From contig NC_058368.1 in the NCBI RefSeq assembly GCF_018350175.1, positions 69,876,001-69,940,000 of the forward strand: 64,000 bases of DNA, in the 5' to 3' direction. Below the pieces are notes generated by a model. The model was not told the origin of the DNA, did no database searches, and saw nothing but the letters and a program-made list of their open reading frames with translations. The position numbers and the translations under genes were made by a program. The first letter of the stretch is position 1, and each line of letters opens with the position of its first letter. Of this stretch, positions 22,940 through 36,744 are shown piece after piece. This DNA comes from Felis catus. Taxonomy: Eukaryota.

Positions 22940-25135
22940 ATGAGAAAACTGGGGCTTACACACTGCTGATGGAAATGTAAGTTGGTATGCATTTCTTAGA
23001 GGGACTTTTAGTCATGTAACAAAAGCCTTAAAATATTCATACTTTTTTCCTATTATATTTTTATGTCAAGATATTATGTTTAAGAAATGAGTATAACTTT
23101 TTAGAGATGTAATATGAAGATGAGCATCACATTGCTATTTATAACAAAGAAAAAATAAAAACAGTTGAAATGTCCTATTATAAAGGTTTGGCTAAAAGAT
23201 TATGGTTCACTCATAGAATGGTATAAATTCTATGTAGCAACTTAAAATTATTGTGTAAATTAATACTGAGACACTTACTGAAGATATTCATGGCTCAAAC
23301 AAGGATAAGTGGGAAAAACAAGTTATAGGAATGTATGCTACATACATACATACATATATGTAAAATGTATGTAAAATTCATATGTACTACCTTCTGCTTC
23401 TGGCGATGGCTGAATTCTGGCCTAGGGTATTTCAGAACAATGCCACCAAGTATAACTAGAAAAACTAGATAAATAAATTAATAGACAAATCAATAAAATT
23501 TTTAAAAACCCATGTGTTTGACGTTATCAGAGAGTTAGCCCGGCAATTTGTGGAGCTAAGATCTAGAAGAGAGGGAAGAGGTGGGCCTGGTATGTGGGGC
23601 TGCTTTCCTCCTTGAGGCAACTGCTAATTTGAAAGAGACAACTGAGTGGCAAAAGAGTAAAAGAGAGGTTTTGCACTTTCACAGAGCAAAGCAGGCAAAG
23701 TTGTGATTTCAGGGCTCTCTAAGGAAGAGAAGTTTTGGCAAACAACCCAGACTTTTGGTTGGGACCACAAAGCACTAGATCCTAAAAATGAAGGTGAATC
23801 TCACAAGAAATAAATCTACCTTCAAATCAGCCCAATAAGTTAGACTAAGATGATCTGTCTGTCCTAGCCTTGTGCTATACCAGAAATAAACCTTAATCCT
23901 TTCTGGAAGAAGATACCATCATCTCGAGTCTCAATCCATCTCTACATTTTTTCATAAACAATGTATGACACGCTATAAAAAGTAACCAGGCATACAAGAA
24001 GGCAAGATAGGACAGAAGACCAAGAGAAAAAATATATAATAGAAACGTATTCATAGGAGGTATCTAGGTGATCAGAAGAAACAGTAAAATAAATATGATG
24101 AATATATTTAAGAAATTAAATGATGAGATGGAGACTTTTCTAGAAAAAATGGAAACTAAAAAATAATCAAGTGAAAATCCTAGAAATAAAAAATATAATT
24201 GAAATTCTTACAAATTTGATGAGTTTATGGGGCACCTGGGTAGCTCAGTCAGTTGAGCATCGGACTTCGGCTCAGGTCATGATCTCACGGTTTGTGGGTT
24301 CGAGCCCCACATCGGGCTCTGGGCTGACAGCTCAGAGCCTGGAGCCTGCTTTGGATTCTGTGTCTCCATCTGTCTCTGCCCCTTCCCTACTCATGCTCTG
24401 TCTCTCTGTCTCTCAAAAATAAATAAACATTAAAAAATTTTTTATTAAATTTTTGATGAGTTTAAGAGCTGATCAAATACAACTGAAGATTTATTTATTT
24501 TTAAATGTTTGTTTATTTTTGAGAGAGAGAGAGAGAGCCCAAGTGGGGGGAGGGACAGAAAGAGAGAGGGAGACACAGAATCCAAAGCAGGCTCCAGGTC
24601 CTGAGCTGTCAGCACAGAGCCCGAAATGGGGCTCAAACCCACGAACTGTAAGATCATGACCTGAACTGAAGTCAGGCACTTAACTGACCAAGCCACCTAG
24701 GTCCCCTGAAGATAGATTTAATAAAGGGAAGTAATGTGTGCGTACATGTGTGCGTACACACTGAAGCTCAAAACATAAAGTTGAATAAAAGAAGGCAAAT
24801 AGAGTACTGCACATATGGAGTACTATATGGTTCCACTTACATGAAGTTTAAAAACAGATGAAACTAATCTACAGTGTTAGACATCCAGAGAAGTTAAATC
24901 TGAGAAGATAAAAGGAATAATGATTAGTTGTGGGAATGAGGGGGCTATTTCTTGACCTGAGTTGCTCTACTGGTTGTTACACTTTGAATTATTCATCAAG
25001 CTATTTTTGATTTGTGTACTTCTTTCTGTGTATGTTATATGTCAATAAAATATTAACATATGTGTATACACACATGTAAATATAAAAGGCTATTTATATA
25101 AGTTATCTTTGAGCATTATGGATAATTTTTTTCTT
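22940..25135 (+). mobile_element. Patchwork of old L1 fragments (3' end, 5'/ORF1 region, 3' end) with two SINEs (24229-24445 +, 24490-24705 -)
   Basis: ACACACTGCTGATGGAAATGTAA, AATCAAGTGAAAATCCTAGAAATAAAAAATA (ORF1-like) and AAACTAATCTACAGTGTTAGA motifs. Confidence 0.65.
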
Positions 25136-25181
25136 TGTGTTTTCTGCCACGATTATGGATTCCTTATGAAAAAGGAAATAA

Positions 25182-26852
25182 GGGGCGCCTGGGTGGCTTA
25201 AGTCTGTTAAGCATCTGACTTCAGCTCATGGTCACGGTCACAGTTCCTGGGTTTGAGCCCCGTGTGGGGCTCTGTACTGACAGCTCAGAGTCTGGAGCCT
25301 GCTTCAGATTCTGTGTCTCCCTCTCTCTCTCTGTCCCTCCCCTGCTCTAACTCTGTCTCTGTCTCTCGAAAATAAACATAAAAAAATTTTTTTTAAGGAA
25401 ATAAAAAAGAAAAAAATATACTGACCTATTGTTTTTGTTTATTTAATTATTATTTTTTTAGAGAAAGAGAGAGCACACACAAGCAGGGGAGAGGGGCAGA
25501 GGGAGAGAGAGAGAATTTCAAGCAGAGCTAGAGAGAGGAGAGAGAGAGAATTTCAGGCACCCCCAGTTGTTTTTGTTTAAAAACTGAGGTATAGTTAAGA
25601 TATAACTGACAAGTTTTATTTATTAAAATTCTTCTAATCCCAGAATAAAAGTGAATGAGATTTAGATTTGGCTTAAGAAAGAATCTCCTGGAACTAAAAG
25701 TTGTTAAACAGAGAAAACGATGGATTCTTCTTCCCTGGTAGCCTTTCAAAATAGTGTAACTGTTAAGTGAGGTCTTCCCTGAAGGCATGGCTATAGGTTA
25801 GAATACTGTTTAAGATTCATTTTGGGGGCATCTGGGTGGCTCAGTCGATTAAGTGTCCGATTCTTGATTTTGTCTCAGGTCATGATCTCACGTTTTGTTA
25901 GATCGAGCCCGTGTCAGGCTCTGTGCTATCACACAGAGAGATTCTCTCTCTCCCTCTCTCTGCCCCTCCCCCTCTCACTTGTGCAGGTTTGTGCTCTCTC
26001 CCTCTTTCTCAAAATAAATAAACACTTTTTAAAAAAAGATTCGTTTTGGGCCTATGATGCTATAGTTTTCAATATGAGGGAGGTATATTTAAGGAACTTC
26101 ATTTATGGTGAGTTTACCTTCCAGGTGATGAGCCGGTGGCAGGAAATAACATACAATCATGTCGTTAGGAACTCGCAGTCCACGGAGGTCATATAATTAT
26201 AGATGAAATGTGAATTCCATTCACTCATTCATTAACAGTTACAAACTGCGTATGTCTGAGTCAGATTCAAGGGACTGAGATATTGCAGTAAACATGACAA
26301 AATCCATGCTCTTGTGGAGTTTATATTCTAGTCAACAAGCAAATATATAACATATCAAGTAGTAATAAGAGCACTGAAGAAAAAGCAGAATAAGAATGAT
26401 CGTGGATGGGTGCCTGGGTGGCTCAGTCGGTTAAGCGTCCAACTTCAGCTCAGGCCAATGATCTCTCGGTTTGTGAGTTCGAGCCCCGTGTCAGGCTCTG
26501 GGCTGACAGCTCAGAGCCTGGAGCCTGCTTCAGATTGTGTGTCTCCACCTCTCTTTGCCCCTCCCCCACTCATGCTCTGTCTCTCTCTGTCTCTTGATAA
26601 TAAACGTTAAAAAAAAAAAAAAAGAAAGAAAAGAATGATCGTGGAGATGGTTGTACAGAGTGAGCAATTTTAAAGATTTTTTTGAGTAGGAGCGCCTGGG
26701 TGGCTCAGTCAGTTGAGTGTCCGACTTCAGTTCAGGTCATGATCTTATGACTCGTCTCATGGGTTTGAGCCCCACATTGGGCTCTGTGCTGACAGCTCAG
26801 AACCTGAAGCCTGCTTTGGATTCTGTGTCTCAGTCTCTCTCTGCCCTTCCAC

Positions 26853-26903
<51 letters not shown>

Positions 26904-27670
26904 ACTCTCTCTCTCAAAAATAAATAAACATTAAAAAAATTTTTAAAGATTTTTTTAAAGTAGTCTCCACACCCAACGTGGGGCTCCAACTTACAACCCC
27001 GAGATCAAGAGTCACACATTCTACTGACTGAGCCCGCCAGGTGCCCGTGGGGCTAGCGCAGTCTGAGTAGGCAGGAGAGAATTGTGAGGGATGAAGTAGC
27101 TTGAACAGATCATGTAGGGACTTATGGTCTATGATGAGGACTTTTGACTTTATCTTTCTGAAATGGGAAGCTTTGAAGAATTTCAACAGAGGCATGGTGT
27201 GATCTGACAAATTTGAAATGTGTTACTCTGGCTGCCGAGAAGAGAATTGAGAGTGAAAAGGGAGCAGTAGAAAGAGGCCACGAGAAGTCCCTTGTTCTCC
27301 AGGCAAGACATGAGGGTGGTTTGGACCACAAAGGTATTACAGGACCTAGGGAAAGGGGAGGTGATTCTGAATGTACTTTGAAGGCAAAGACTATAGGATC
27401 TGTTGAAGGAATAGATGTAGAATGTAAGAAAAATAGAGAAATCAAGAATAACTCCAACTGGCGCTCCTGGGTGGCTCAGTCGGCTAAGTGTCTGACTCTT
27501 GATTTCGGCTCAGGTCATGATCTCACAGTTGTGGGTTCGAGCCCCGTGTCTGACATCACCAAGTCTGCTTGGGGTTCTCTCTCTCCCTCTCGTGGCCCCT
27601 CCCCCACTTGTATGCACGTGCATGCGTGTGCTCTCTCTCAAAAGAAATAAATAAACTTGAGAAAAAAGAA
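25182..27670. mobile_element. Cluster of seven Can-SINEs (25182+, 25455-, 25824+, 26408+, 26689+, 26955-, 27459+)
   Basis: SINE heads and tails; TSDs AAGAATGATCGTGGA and AAGAATAACTCCAA. Confidence 0.88.
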
Positions 27671-27770
27671 GAATAACTCCAAAGATTTTAGTCTGAGAAA
27701 CTAAGTGATATAAGAGGCAACACTTATTGAAATGGTAAAAGTCTTGAGAAAAACAGTTGGGGAGGGGAAT
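26217..27770 (-). mobile_element. L2 3' region relic interrupted by SINEs
   Basis: CATTCACTCATTCATTAACA terminal repeat; CCAGGCAAGACATGAGGGTGGTTTGGACCA core. Confidence 0.78.
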
Positions 27771-28592
27771 AGGACCATATTAGCTGAATCAACTCACCGT
27801 TTGTTTCTTACACAGGAGGAAGCAGCTAAAAAGACTGTGTTAGGCAGGTACTCCTTCAGAATGGATGAAAAGAACCATTCTCACATTTTGATAGTGATTT
27901 TGCAAATTATACATACCACAGAGCTCATAATGCTAATACTTTCACAAACTATTTGTTATTCATTTTGCTCAAATTGCTTTCTTTCAGATGCTGCATTTTA
28001 ACAGAGTCATAATTAACGGCAAACCATAATATCCACACCTGGGAACCATTTTAACTCATATACATCTTTATTTTATTTTATTAATTTTATTTTTTAAAAA
28101 TTTACATCCAAATTAGTTAGCATATAACTAATATACATCTTTTACCACGAACCTTAAGTATCAGCCTTTCTGAAAAGCTTCCCCTTGACTCATTAGTTAG
28201 GGTTAGATACTCTTCCCGTAGATTTCTAAAGAACCCCAAAGATCATTTTATCATATTTCTTTCCAAATACCTTGTATTGTCATCATCTATTTCTCTCCCT
28301 GATCAAGTGGACAGATTGAATTATTTTTGAATACTCAATAGCTGACTCAAGTCTTGGCACTTAATAAAAAATGCGGCAAAGGAAGGAAGAAGGGCAGGGA
28401 GGGAAGGAAAGCAAGAGGGGTTTAGAATGTATTTTCTCTCCATTACGTAGAGATTATTTCATTGCACTAGGTTCACTTTACCTTAGTTTCCCGCCAATCC
28501 ACTGGGCCACGTGAGATGTAGGTGTAGTCTAGCAATGTAGTGTCGGTATGATTAAGTGGAAAATTACAACACGATGACTTATGGAAGCATCT

Positions 28593-28820
28593 TTTTTTTT
28601 TTTTTAATTTTTTTTTTCAACGCTTATTTATTTTTGGGACAGAGAGAGACAGAGCATGAACGGGGGAGGGGCAGAGAGAGAGGGAGACACAGAATCGGAA
28701 ACAGGCTCCAGGCTCTGAGCCATCAGCCCAGAGCCTGTCGCGGGGCTCGAACTCACGGACCGCGAGATCGTGACCTGGTTGAAGTCGGACGCTTAACCGA
28801 CTGCGCCACCCAGGCGCCCC
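28593..28820 (-). mobile_element. Young SINEC_Fc
   Basis: Near consensus; TSD TGGAAGCATCT(T) at 28582 and 28821. Confidence 0.95.
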
Positions 28821-28878
28821 TGGAAGCATCTTAACATCTTCCCTCTGTTGCGATTGTACGAACACTGAAATTATAGAC

Positions 28879-29285
28879 CAGAACTGTCCAATAGAGCTTT
28901 CTGCAGTGATGGAAATGTTCTATATCCATGCTGTCCAGTAGAGTACTTAGATGCATATGGCCTTTGAACACTTGAAATGTGGCAGGTGTGACTGAGGAGC
29001 TGAATTTTTTATTTAATTTAATGAATTTAACTTAAAGTTTATTTTTATTTTTATTTTGAGAACAAGCAGAAGAGGAGCAGAGAGAGGGAGACGGAATCCT
29101 AAGCAGGCTCTGTGCTATCGGCACAGAACCCCATGTGGGGCTCGAGCTCATGAACTGCGAGATCGTGACCTGAGCCAAAGTCAAGAGTCAGATACTTCAC
29201 CAACTGAGCCACCCAGGCGCCCCTAAACTTAAATTTAAGTAACCACACGTGGGGAGTGGCTACTATTTGGATCGTACAGTCATAG
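28879..29285. mobile_element. MER3-like hAT MITE split by a Can-SINE (29040-29223, -)
   Basis: CTGTCCAATAGAGCTTTCTGCAGTGATGGAAATGTTCTATATC; right arm GTGGCTACTATTTGGA. Confidence 0.82.
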
Positions 29286-30229
29286 AGTCTACTGGGAGTC
29301 ATATTTTCTCATTTCCTTACTTCACAGATGAAGAAACTCAGACTTAAAAGAAGCAACATTGTTTGCCCAACTTCCTAATTCCTTGTACTGAAACATGTTT
29401 CTGATTTTGTCACTACTCATTCCTAACGTGACCTTCATGTTGAAATCTATTTCTTCCGTAGAAACTTTTAATTTCCAGATCACAGACCAAATGCAATCCT
29501 TACAGACTAGTAACAGTAATAAACCACTTTCGGGGGGGGGGGAGACCTTATGTGCCACTATATTTAGAAAAATGTGATTTTTCTCAATAAAAAATGATGA
29601 TGATGATGATAAATTACATACTGTGGCTCATCCGATGATTACTTTCCTTAAGTACTATCATTTGTTGAAACTCAGAACTAGCTACACAGAACATTATTCC
29701 AGCGGTAAACTGAACAACTGAACAAAGAACCTGATTTCTGAGACTCTGCATTCTCATTTAGATAATGATGAAGTGGGGACACATAAAATGACTGAAAAAT
29801 AAATGATTATATAAAATAAGTATCACAGCTACTTCCAAAAGTAGCTTCATATTCAGTACAGATATCATGGGGGTGGGGAATGTAGGTGAGGGTGGTCTTG
29901 GAGGAGGGGTGGAGGGCTGGGGGGAGGCTGAGGAGAGGCTGGGAATTGTCTCTCTTCTCCTGTGATAATGAGTACAATTCTTGTAAACCTACCGGGTGCC
30001 AGGCCCTATAGCCTATAGAACATTCTTTTCGCTAGCTTAAACCAAACTCTGTTTCTCTTTGGACTTTCCTTACACATTCACTTAGCAAATGGCCGACCCC
30101 AGATGGACCAAAGGTTCACCTTCACTCTCCTGTACCTTGGAGGCTGAGCACCTGCAGCAAATCGCAGACTGGGTGTGAAATCGCCCGCCGCATACAGACC
30201 CCCAGCCCTCCCTGGGAACCACCTGTTCT

Positions 30230-31300
30230 ACTCTGGATGGTCATCCTTCCTGGTCCCCTCACAGCCCAGCACACTACTTCTGCCTTATTGCTCTTAGTAG
30301 ACGACATTCCCTCCTGCATCACCAAGAACAGAAGCCATCAGATGACAGATGTCTCATCTCTCACCTCCATGTCTACAAACCTACTGACATTGGTCTTGAC
30401 CCTCTCTTCTTGCCACAATATGGCACAAGCCCTTTCCTTGCATCTAAGTCCATTCCTTGCAACCCTCCTCTGTTTTCAGGGACCTCATGATACCTCTCAG
30501 TTTCTGTCACTTCTGGATCTCTGGTCTCTTTTTCACCCAGTCTTTCCTGTCAGCATTTAAACACACTGATGTCTTTTCTATTTTGAAAGATAAAAGACAA
30601 CCTTCCCCCTATACCACATGCTCTCCAGCTACCATCCCAACCATCTCCTTACCTCCACCCCCTTCTTCAAAGTGTGTTCTAGTTCCTTGTCTCAGTCTCC
30701 CCTCTCAGATCCCTCCATCGAGGGTACCACCACCACTCTGCCGGAACCGTGCTAAATTCACCAGTGACTTAGGTGGGCACTTGTGCCTCATGGGCCATTT
30801 GCGGTCTTTTGTTTTTTCATCTGAGCATCTGACATAGTTGCCTATGCTGCCTTCTTGCAGCATTTTCTTGTGTTGGCATCTGCATCACACATTCCTGGGC
30901 CCCTCTTTTAGGTTTCTCCTTCTCCTGATTAATCAGCTAGTCTTATAAACCTATTGTCTAAATTCCTTGGGTATCCACCCATTTCCTCCATCACTACTGT
31001 TACTGCCTACTCTGAACCTCACTACTTAAAGTGCAGCCCATGATCAGGAGTATCATATGCATCTAGAAGTTTGCTAAGACACACCCCCCTCACCCCGTGA
31101 TTTGCATGTACATGGAAGCTCGAGCGAGAAGCGTCTCTCCAACCAAAGTAATTTTTCCACCTGGGCTCCCTGCTTCTACTCTGGCTCCTTCCAATGGATT
31201 CTCCACACAGCAAATCAAATCACGTCACTCATGTACTAAAAGCCTTTCAATAGCCTCCGATTTTCCTTAGAATAAAGTGTATTCTGTACACTGTTCCTTT
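30230..31300 (+). mobile_element. L2 relic fragments
   Basis: CT-rich degenerate L2 ORF2/3' sequence, e.g. AAATCAAATCACGTCACTC...AAAAGCCTTTCAATAGCCTCC. Confidence 0.6.
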
Positions 31301-32384
31301 TGTTTGCTGTGACTCAAGATACTGTGGTCCTTTGTCTACTTTACATCTTTATTGCACCTCTTTTAACATAAGAAGTATTTGACAGCTTTGTTTATTTAAG
31401 TACCTTAAATCAAGAAATGTTTTATTTAATTTTGTCCTTTTGCGGGGGGGGGGGGTTCAAATGTTATATTTGCATTGTAAATGGGACTATTTCTCAGTTC
31501 TCGTAGTTAGCTAATTCACATAATAAATGCATAGAAAAAGCCTGCAAGGATTGAAGAAGTGTTTTTCTTTGCAAAATGCTATAAATTATGCTCTGAAAGC
31601 TTGAGAGAAACCCCTTTGGATGAACAGGATTAAAATCTGAATGTTGTAAGCATGGAAAACAAAACTCTTTCTAATTTTTTTTTTTATGAGGAAGACAGTA
31701 TTCTGGACATGATGGCCACTTCTTGAACAAATCCAGAGAACATCCTCTGATATACCTACATGTGTTGAAAACAGGTTCAGCACTCCGCTTCAATTCCCCA
31801 GCAAATGCCAGTATGGAAAAAGGTTTTGTTGTCACAGGTAACCCATGGAGCTTTAAAAGCAAAAGCGCTATTGTTGAGTCTGTAAAATTCAATGTAAAAA
31901 ATACCCCTTTCCCTTGTTTAAGTATAAAAGAAGAATGTGGGATAGAAATGTTTCACAAGGCTGTGGAATCCAATCCAAAATATAAACTGCAATGTAGTTT
32001 CCCCTCAAAAACTTTCTATGCCTTATAATTTACAGTAGGGTAAACGGTGCTGCTGATAAGCTCTGATTAGGCTGCCTAGAATGTTGCCTGAAATCATCAG
32101 GCAGCCCTGCTCTCAGGCAACACAGTCCAAGATACTCTGGAATGTTTCTGATTCATTCACAGCACTGAATGACAGTCATTGGTAGGGCTGTAGGGAGGTA
32201 TGCATGTTCTTGTCATGGAGGGCCACAGCAAAGGCAGGATTTTCTAAGAACAGCTGAATTCAGGAGTGATGACAGGGGCCTCTGCAAAGTAGGGAACAAA
32301 GAACCCGAAGCTTGGCTGTGGGGGTGCAGGCGGCTTGAAAAGACAGAACTTAGGAGAGAGGAAGAGGAGAATTGAAAAACCCAA

Positions 32385-32790
32385 ACCAGCAAAGTGAACC
32401 ACATATCGTGTGATTCCGTTTATATGAAACATAGAGAATAGGCCAGTCCATACAGACATAAAGTAGAATATTGGTTGCCTAGGCTGGGGGAGAGGGGTAG
32501 GGGATTGAGGGTTGATGGCTAAGGGGCACACGGTTTCTTTTTGCATAATAAAAAAATTCTAAAATTAATTGTAGCGATGGTTGCACAATTCTATGAATAT
32601 ACTAAAACATACCACGCTATACATTTTAAATGGATGAATTGTATAGTTTGTGACTCGTGTCTTGATAAAGCTGTTAAAAAGGAGATTAAAAGAAAGGGTG
32701 CCTGGCTAGCTCAGTCAGATGAGTATCTGACTGATCTCGGGGTTGTGAATTGGAGCCCCGCTTTGGGTGTAGAGATTACTTAAAAAAAAA
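32385..32790 (+). mobile_element. L1MB-like 3' end followed by a short Can-SINE (32696-32790)
   Basis: GATTCCGTTTATATGAAAC...GATGGTTGCACAATTCTATGAATATACTAAAA...ATAAAGCTGTTAAAAA. Confidence 0.85.
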
Positions 32791-33139
32791 TCACATGGCT
32801 GTTGAATGCCTCCATGTGGTAGACAACAAATAATTTAAAAAAGAAAGAAAGAAAGAAAAATAAACTCTTAAAAACACCCATCCTAAAAAAGATGAGAAAG
32901 GAAATTTTAAGGATACAGAGCAGACGTGATACGGGTAATAGCTTCTCGTGATGCTTATACAGCTATTTCTTGATTTCCCCCCCATTAGCTACTTACCACT
33001 GAGTTCCTTCTGTGCAAGATGAAGACTTGCCTTCTGATATAGCCCTCCCCCACGCACGCATAAACTTTTTCCTCCTACCTTCCTCCCAGTACAGCTGTAT
33101 TGTAATTTTTGGTAAGATCAATATTCAGCATTGATGATT

Positions 33140-33670
33140 CTCAAATTTATTATCTCCAACAGAGTTCTTTCTGGAGTCTGGACCACATCCAAATGCTTAC
33201 TAAACATCTATAATATCTAATAGGCCTCTTGAACTTCATTTGTCTAAAACAGCTCTTACTTCCCCCTCCAAAACCTGCTTCTCTCTGCCTTTCCCATCTC
33301 AGTAAATGGCAGTGCCATTCGCCGAGGTCCAGCGTGCTGGTCAACCCCCGAGCAAAAAACCCCAGGGCCATCTTTGACTTCACTTTTACTCTCCCATCCC
33401 GTATCTGATTATCAACAAATCCATCTGGCTCTCCTGTCAAAATAGATCCAGGATCTGACACCTCCTCACCACCTCCATGATACCCACCCTGGTCTAAGAC
33501 ACCATCACTTCTCTTTTGAATGACTGCAATGGCCTCTCTGTTGGTTTTCTCACTTCCACCCTTAGTCCCTTGATCGATTTTCAACAGAATGGTCCAGTTA
33601 AAATAAAGGTTGGATCACATCACTCTTCTGCTTCAAAGCCTCCAGTGGCTCCCCATTGCACTGCAGAGAC
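33140..33670 (+). mobile_element. L2 relic
   Basis: CTTTCCCATCTCAGTAAATGGCA, ATCCAGGATCTGACACCTCCTCACCACCTCCA and CTCCAGTGGCTCCCCATTGCACT. Confidence 0.82.
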
Positions 33671-34929
33671 ATCAGTCATGGTGAGATTCCTGAACCAGTA
33701 AATCCAGTTTGTCCCCAACTAGTCTGTGACCTAAGCACACAAGCCTAATGCCTATTATCTGTAGTTTTCTGGAAGGGCTAGGAAGATTAAACCTACACTT
33801 AAAACAGCAATCATGGAAATAACTCAGTGTTTACCTGCTAAATGTGTAACACTCTCCAATGCAGATTTCTTTCACCCTGATAAGCAGAAGTCCCCACCAT
33901 TGCCTCGTACATGGGATGAGGACTCTAGAATATTTTTCTACCCATTCTAAAGTCCCCTAGAGCAAATCCAGCTCTGCTTTCCTTAATGAGGAGAGGAGGG
34001 AAACACCTGCTCTTTTTCCTAAAGTAGTCCCTACAGCTATAATCCTTGTCTGGTTTCTTACCCAAGCATTTGCAGCCTTCTCGGGGGCCTAACTTGGGGA
34101 ACAAACAACTCTCCAAAGAGACACTGAGGCACACGTGCTGGGGCCACCCTTTGGATGTCTTAATATCTGTTTCTTTAGGTTTGCAAATGGCTCTGCTCCT
34201 AATTAGCATGACATTCTTGATCTGGCTATTATTCTCTTAATCCACAGTAATCTTCTTAATCTATAAATCCAAGTATGTTATCTAGGAAGTAGTGTCACCG
34301 GGAATTGAGATACAGAATTTGTTTCATGGATTACAGAAGCAGCACTGGAAGGAATTCTAGGAAAGTTGCTATAAGCTAATTTAGGAAGCATGCTTATTCA
34401 AATAATCTTTTGAGCCTATTTTCCTCTGAAGTTCTAAGAAGGAGATAGTGGCAACAGCATTTGTTTCTGCTGAGGCTATGAGACTCTTGACCGTCACCTT
34501 CCAATGAAGGAGCAAGTTCAGGAGAAGCCCTCCGCCCTGGGTCTCTCACTGGTGAGGCTACTTCTTGGTACTGGCCTTGCTCCTTACATGTCTTCTTCCT
34601 TTATTCATGCAGGCCCCTGGGGTTCAAGCTGATTGCCTTTCCTCTTCCAGTCTTTTACTAAGTATCTGCTTCCCAGAGTTCTACTTCCAAAACTGACTTC
34701 AATTTCCTCTGTTTCCCTTTTCCTTGCTGTCCACCATTCTCTGATTCATAAATGTTTGCGGAACACCTGCTATGTTTTTATGTGTTTACATAAGACTCCA
34801 TCTCTGCCCCGGAGAGTCACAAGTGTGAGTGAGGCAGATAGTAAATGACCTGACAACCGTATATCTTTGTGCAAAAGATGCATATCTCTTACCTCTCGGC
34901 CTCTATAGGTAAGAAGAAATCCCTCCAGC

Positions 34930-35003
34930 TGCCTTCGTTTGTACAAGGTGCTCCTCTCCCCATTGGTGCCTTCGTTTGTACAAGGTGCTCCTCTCCCCAT
35001 TGG
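34930..35003 (+). repeat. Perfect 37-bp tandem duplication
   Basis: TGCCTTCGTTTGTACAAGGTGCTCCTCTCCCCATTGG twice (34930-34966, 34967-35003). Confidence 0.95.
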
Positions 35004-36633
35004 TGTCCTCAAAGAACGAGAACATTGGTTCTCCAATGAACTCTGGTTTTAGGAAAATAAAGCCAGGAAGAAACACATCTTTTGTGTAGTTTCATTTTTG
35101 GTGCAGAGTCCTGTGAGCACAACTTCCCCTGAGCACAAGGTTAGTGGGAAAGGTGGGGGAAGCACAAAGAGCCGGTTCACCTTGGTGCAATGGTGGGTAG
35201 GGGGGGAGACTGTCAGAAGAAACACCCCAATAAATTACCCTGACACATAGATTATGTGTAAGTGACCCTGGGTTGTTTGTAAAATGAGAACCTGTGACCT
35301 TTGCGACAATTACTCATAAAAGCCAAGAGAGGACTTGCCTTTTTAGATCAGCTTTAGTTTTTTTTTTGGGGGGGGGTTACTTTGTAGTCCACTGAGGGGC
35401 CACCCAGCTTTCCTCAGGAACTGTGACCTGGCCCAGCCTCCCGTCCATGGAGGACACGGTGATACCATCATCATGGGGCATCACCCAACAGCTGCCCAAA
35501 GATGGTGGGCACAGGAAACAGCTGCCTCTCAAGGTCAAACGATGCCTTCCCGGAACAACTCTCATCTAAGGCAACTCTGCTTCTTCACCTTTTCGATGAT
35601 GCTGCTTTCACATTTTGTAGCTGCCTTGAATTTGTCTGGTTTGCTAGCAGGGGTTCCAGGCACATCATTGTAACGTTTTTGCAAGGCTCTGGGGAATAAT
35701 CTGCCTGGACCTGGGCTCTTAAACTCATTTAAAGCATCTAGATCGTCCCTTAACTCCCCTTCCATCCAGACCTTGGTACCCTCTTCAGGATGTGTGCTTT
35801 CCCTGTTCCATTAGAAAATTTTCTTATTAAAAAAAAAAAAAGGAAAAGAAACTAAATTGAAATAGTTCTACTCTTTTCTCTCATTGACTTAATTTTATTC
35901 TCATGATATAAACAATGGCAGTGGCAGTTCATAGTCTACAAAACAGGGGGGAAAAAAGAAGAAAAATTTACCCATAAACTCAACATTCAGCTTGCTTTTG
36001 TTTTCTTTCAATGCATGAAGATAAACATAATTCTATATTTACCACTTATCTCGCTGGCTCTGCTGTTTTAAACTTGCTTTCTCCACTTAAAGGTCTTGAA
36101 AAGGCCTGTGTTCTCACGCTAGTCATTTATCATTACACCCCAGTCTCAAGCAGTGAGTTACCTCTTTGTTATTATTTCAATTATATCTATTTTTAAAGGC
36201 TCCTGAATATTTTGTTCTCTGAATTCCTTCTACTGGTTATTTTCGTTCTATAACTGTCATTGACATGACTCTGTAAACACCCTGCCGTGTTGTGCACAAT
36301 CGTTTATAGTCTGTGTGTTGATGTCACCACCCAGGCACCACCCGACTTTCTTAAGATCTTCCCATTTCTTCCTCAAAAAACGAGCATCCTTTGTAATTGC
36401 TTGTCCAGAACTTTGCTCTTGTGAAGCCCCCATCCCTCTTGAACCAACTAAGCTTTTAGAGCCTCTGGCCTTGAAGTCAGACATATTTTTTTCTCTCTGG
36501 ACATTTGTGACATCTGTTTTCCTAAAATCCAAGGTATGTAGTTGAATGAGCCCAGACCAGGAGATCCAAGGTGAAGTTGGCCAGGTCCATCCTGAGCTTT
36601 TCTGAGAACCTGTTGGTCTGTCCACCCCAATAT

Positions 36634-36634
36634 T

Positions 36635-36667
<33 letters not shown>

Positions 36668-36690
36668 GTCTCTGTCTCTCTCTCTCTCTG

Positions 36691-36738
<48 letters not shown>
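36634..36738. repeat. (TC)/(TCTCTG)n-(CA)n compound microsatellite
   Basis: Direct reading. Confidence 0.95.
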
Positions 36739-36741
<3 letters not shown>

Positions 36742-36744
36742 AAG

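Noticed and set aside
31690..32028. 101-aa plus ORF with an internal CAG|GTAACC donor
   Set aside because: No recognisable homology or convincing acceptor; a tblastn or PhyloCSF test would be needed.
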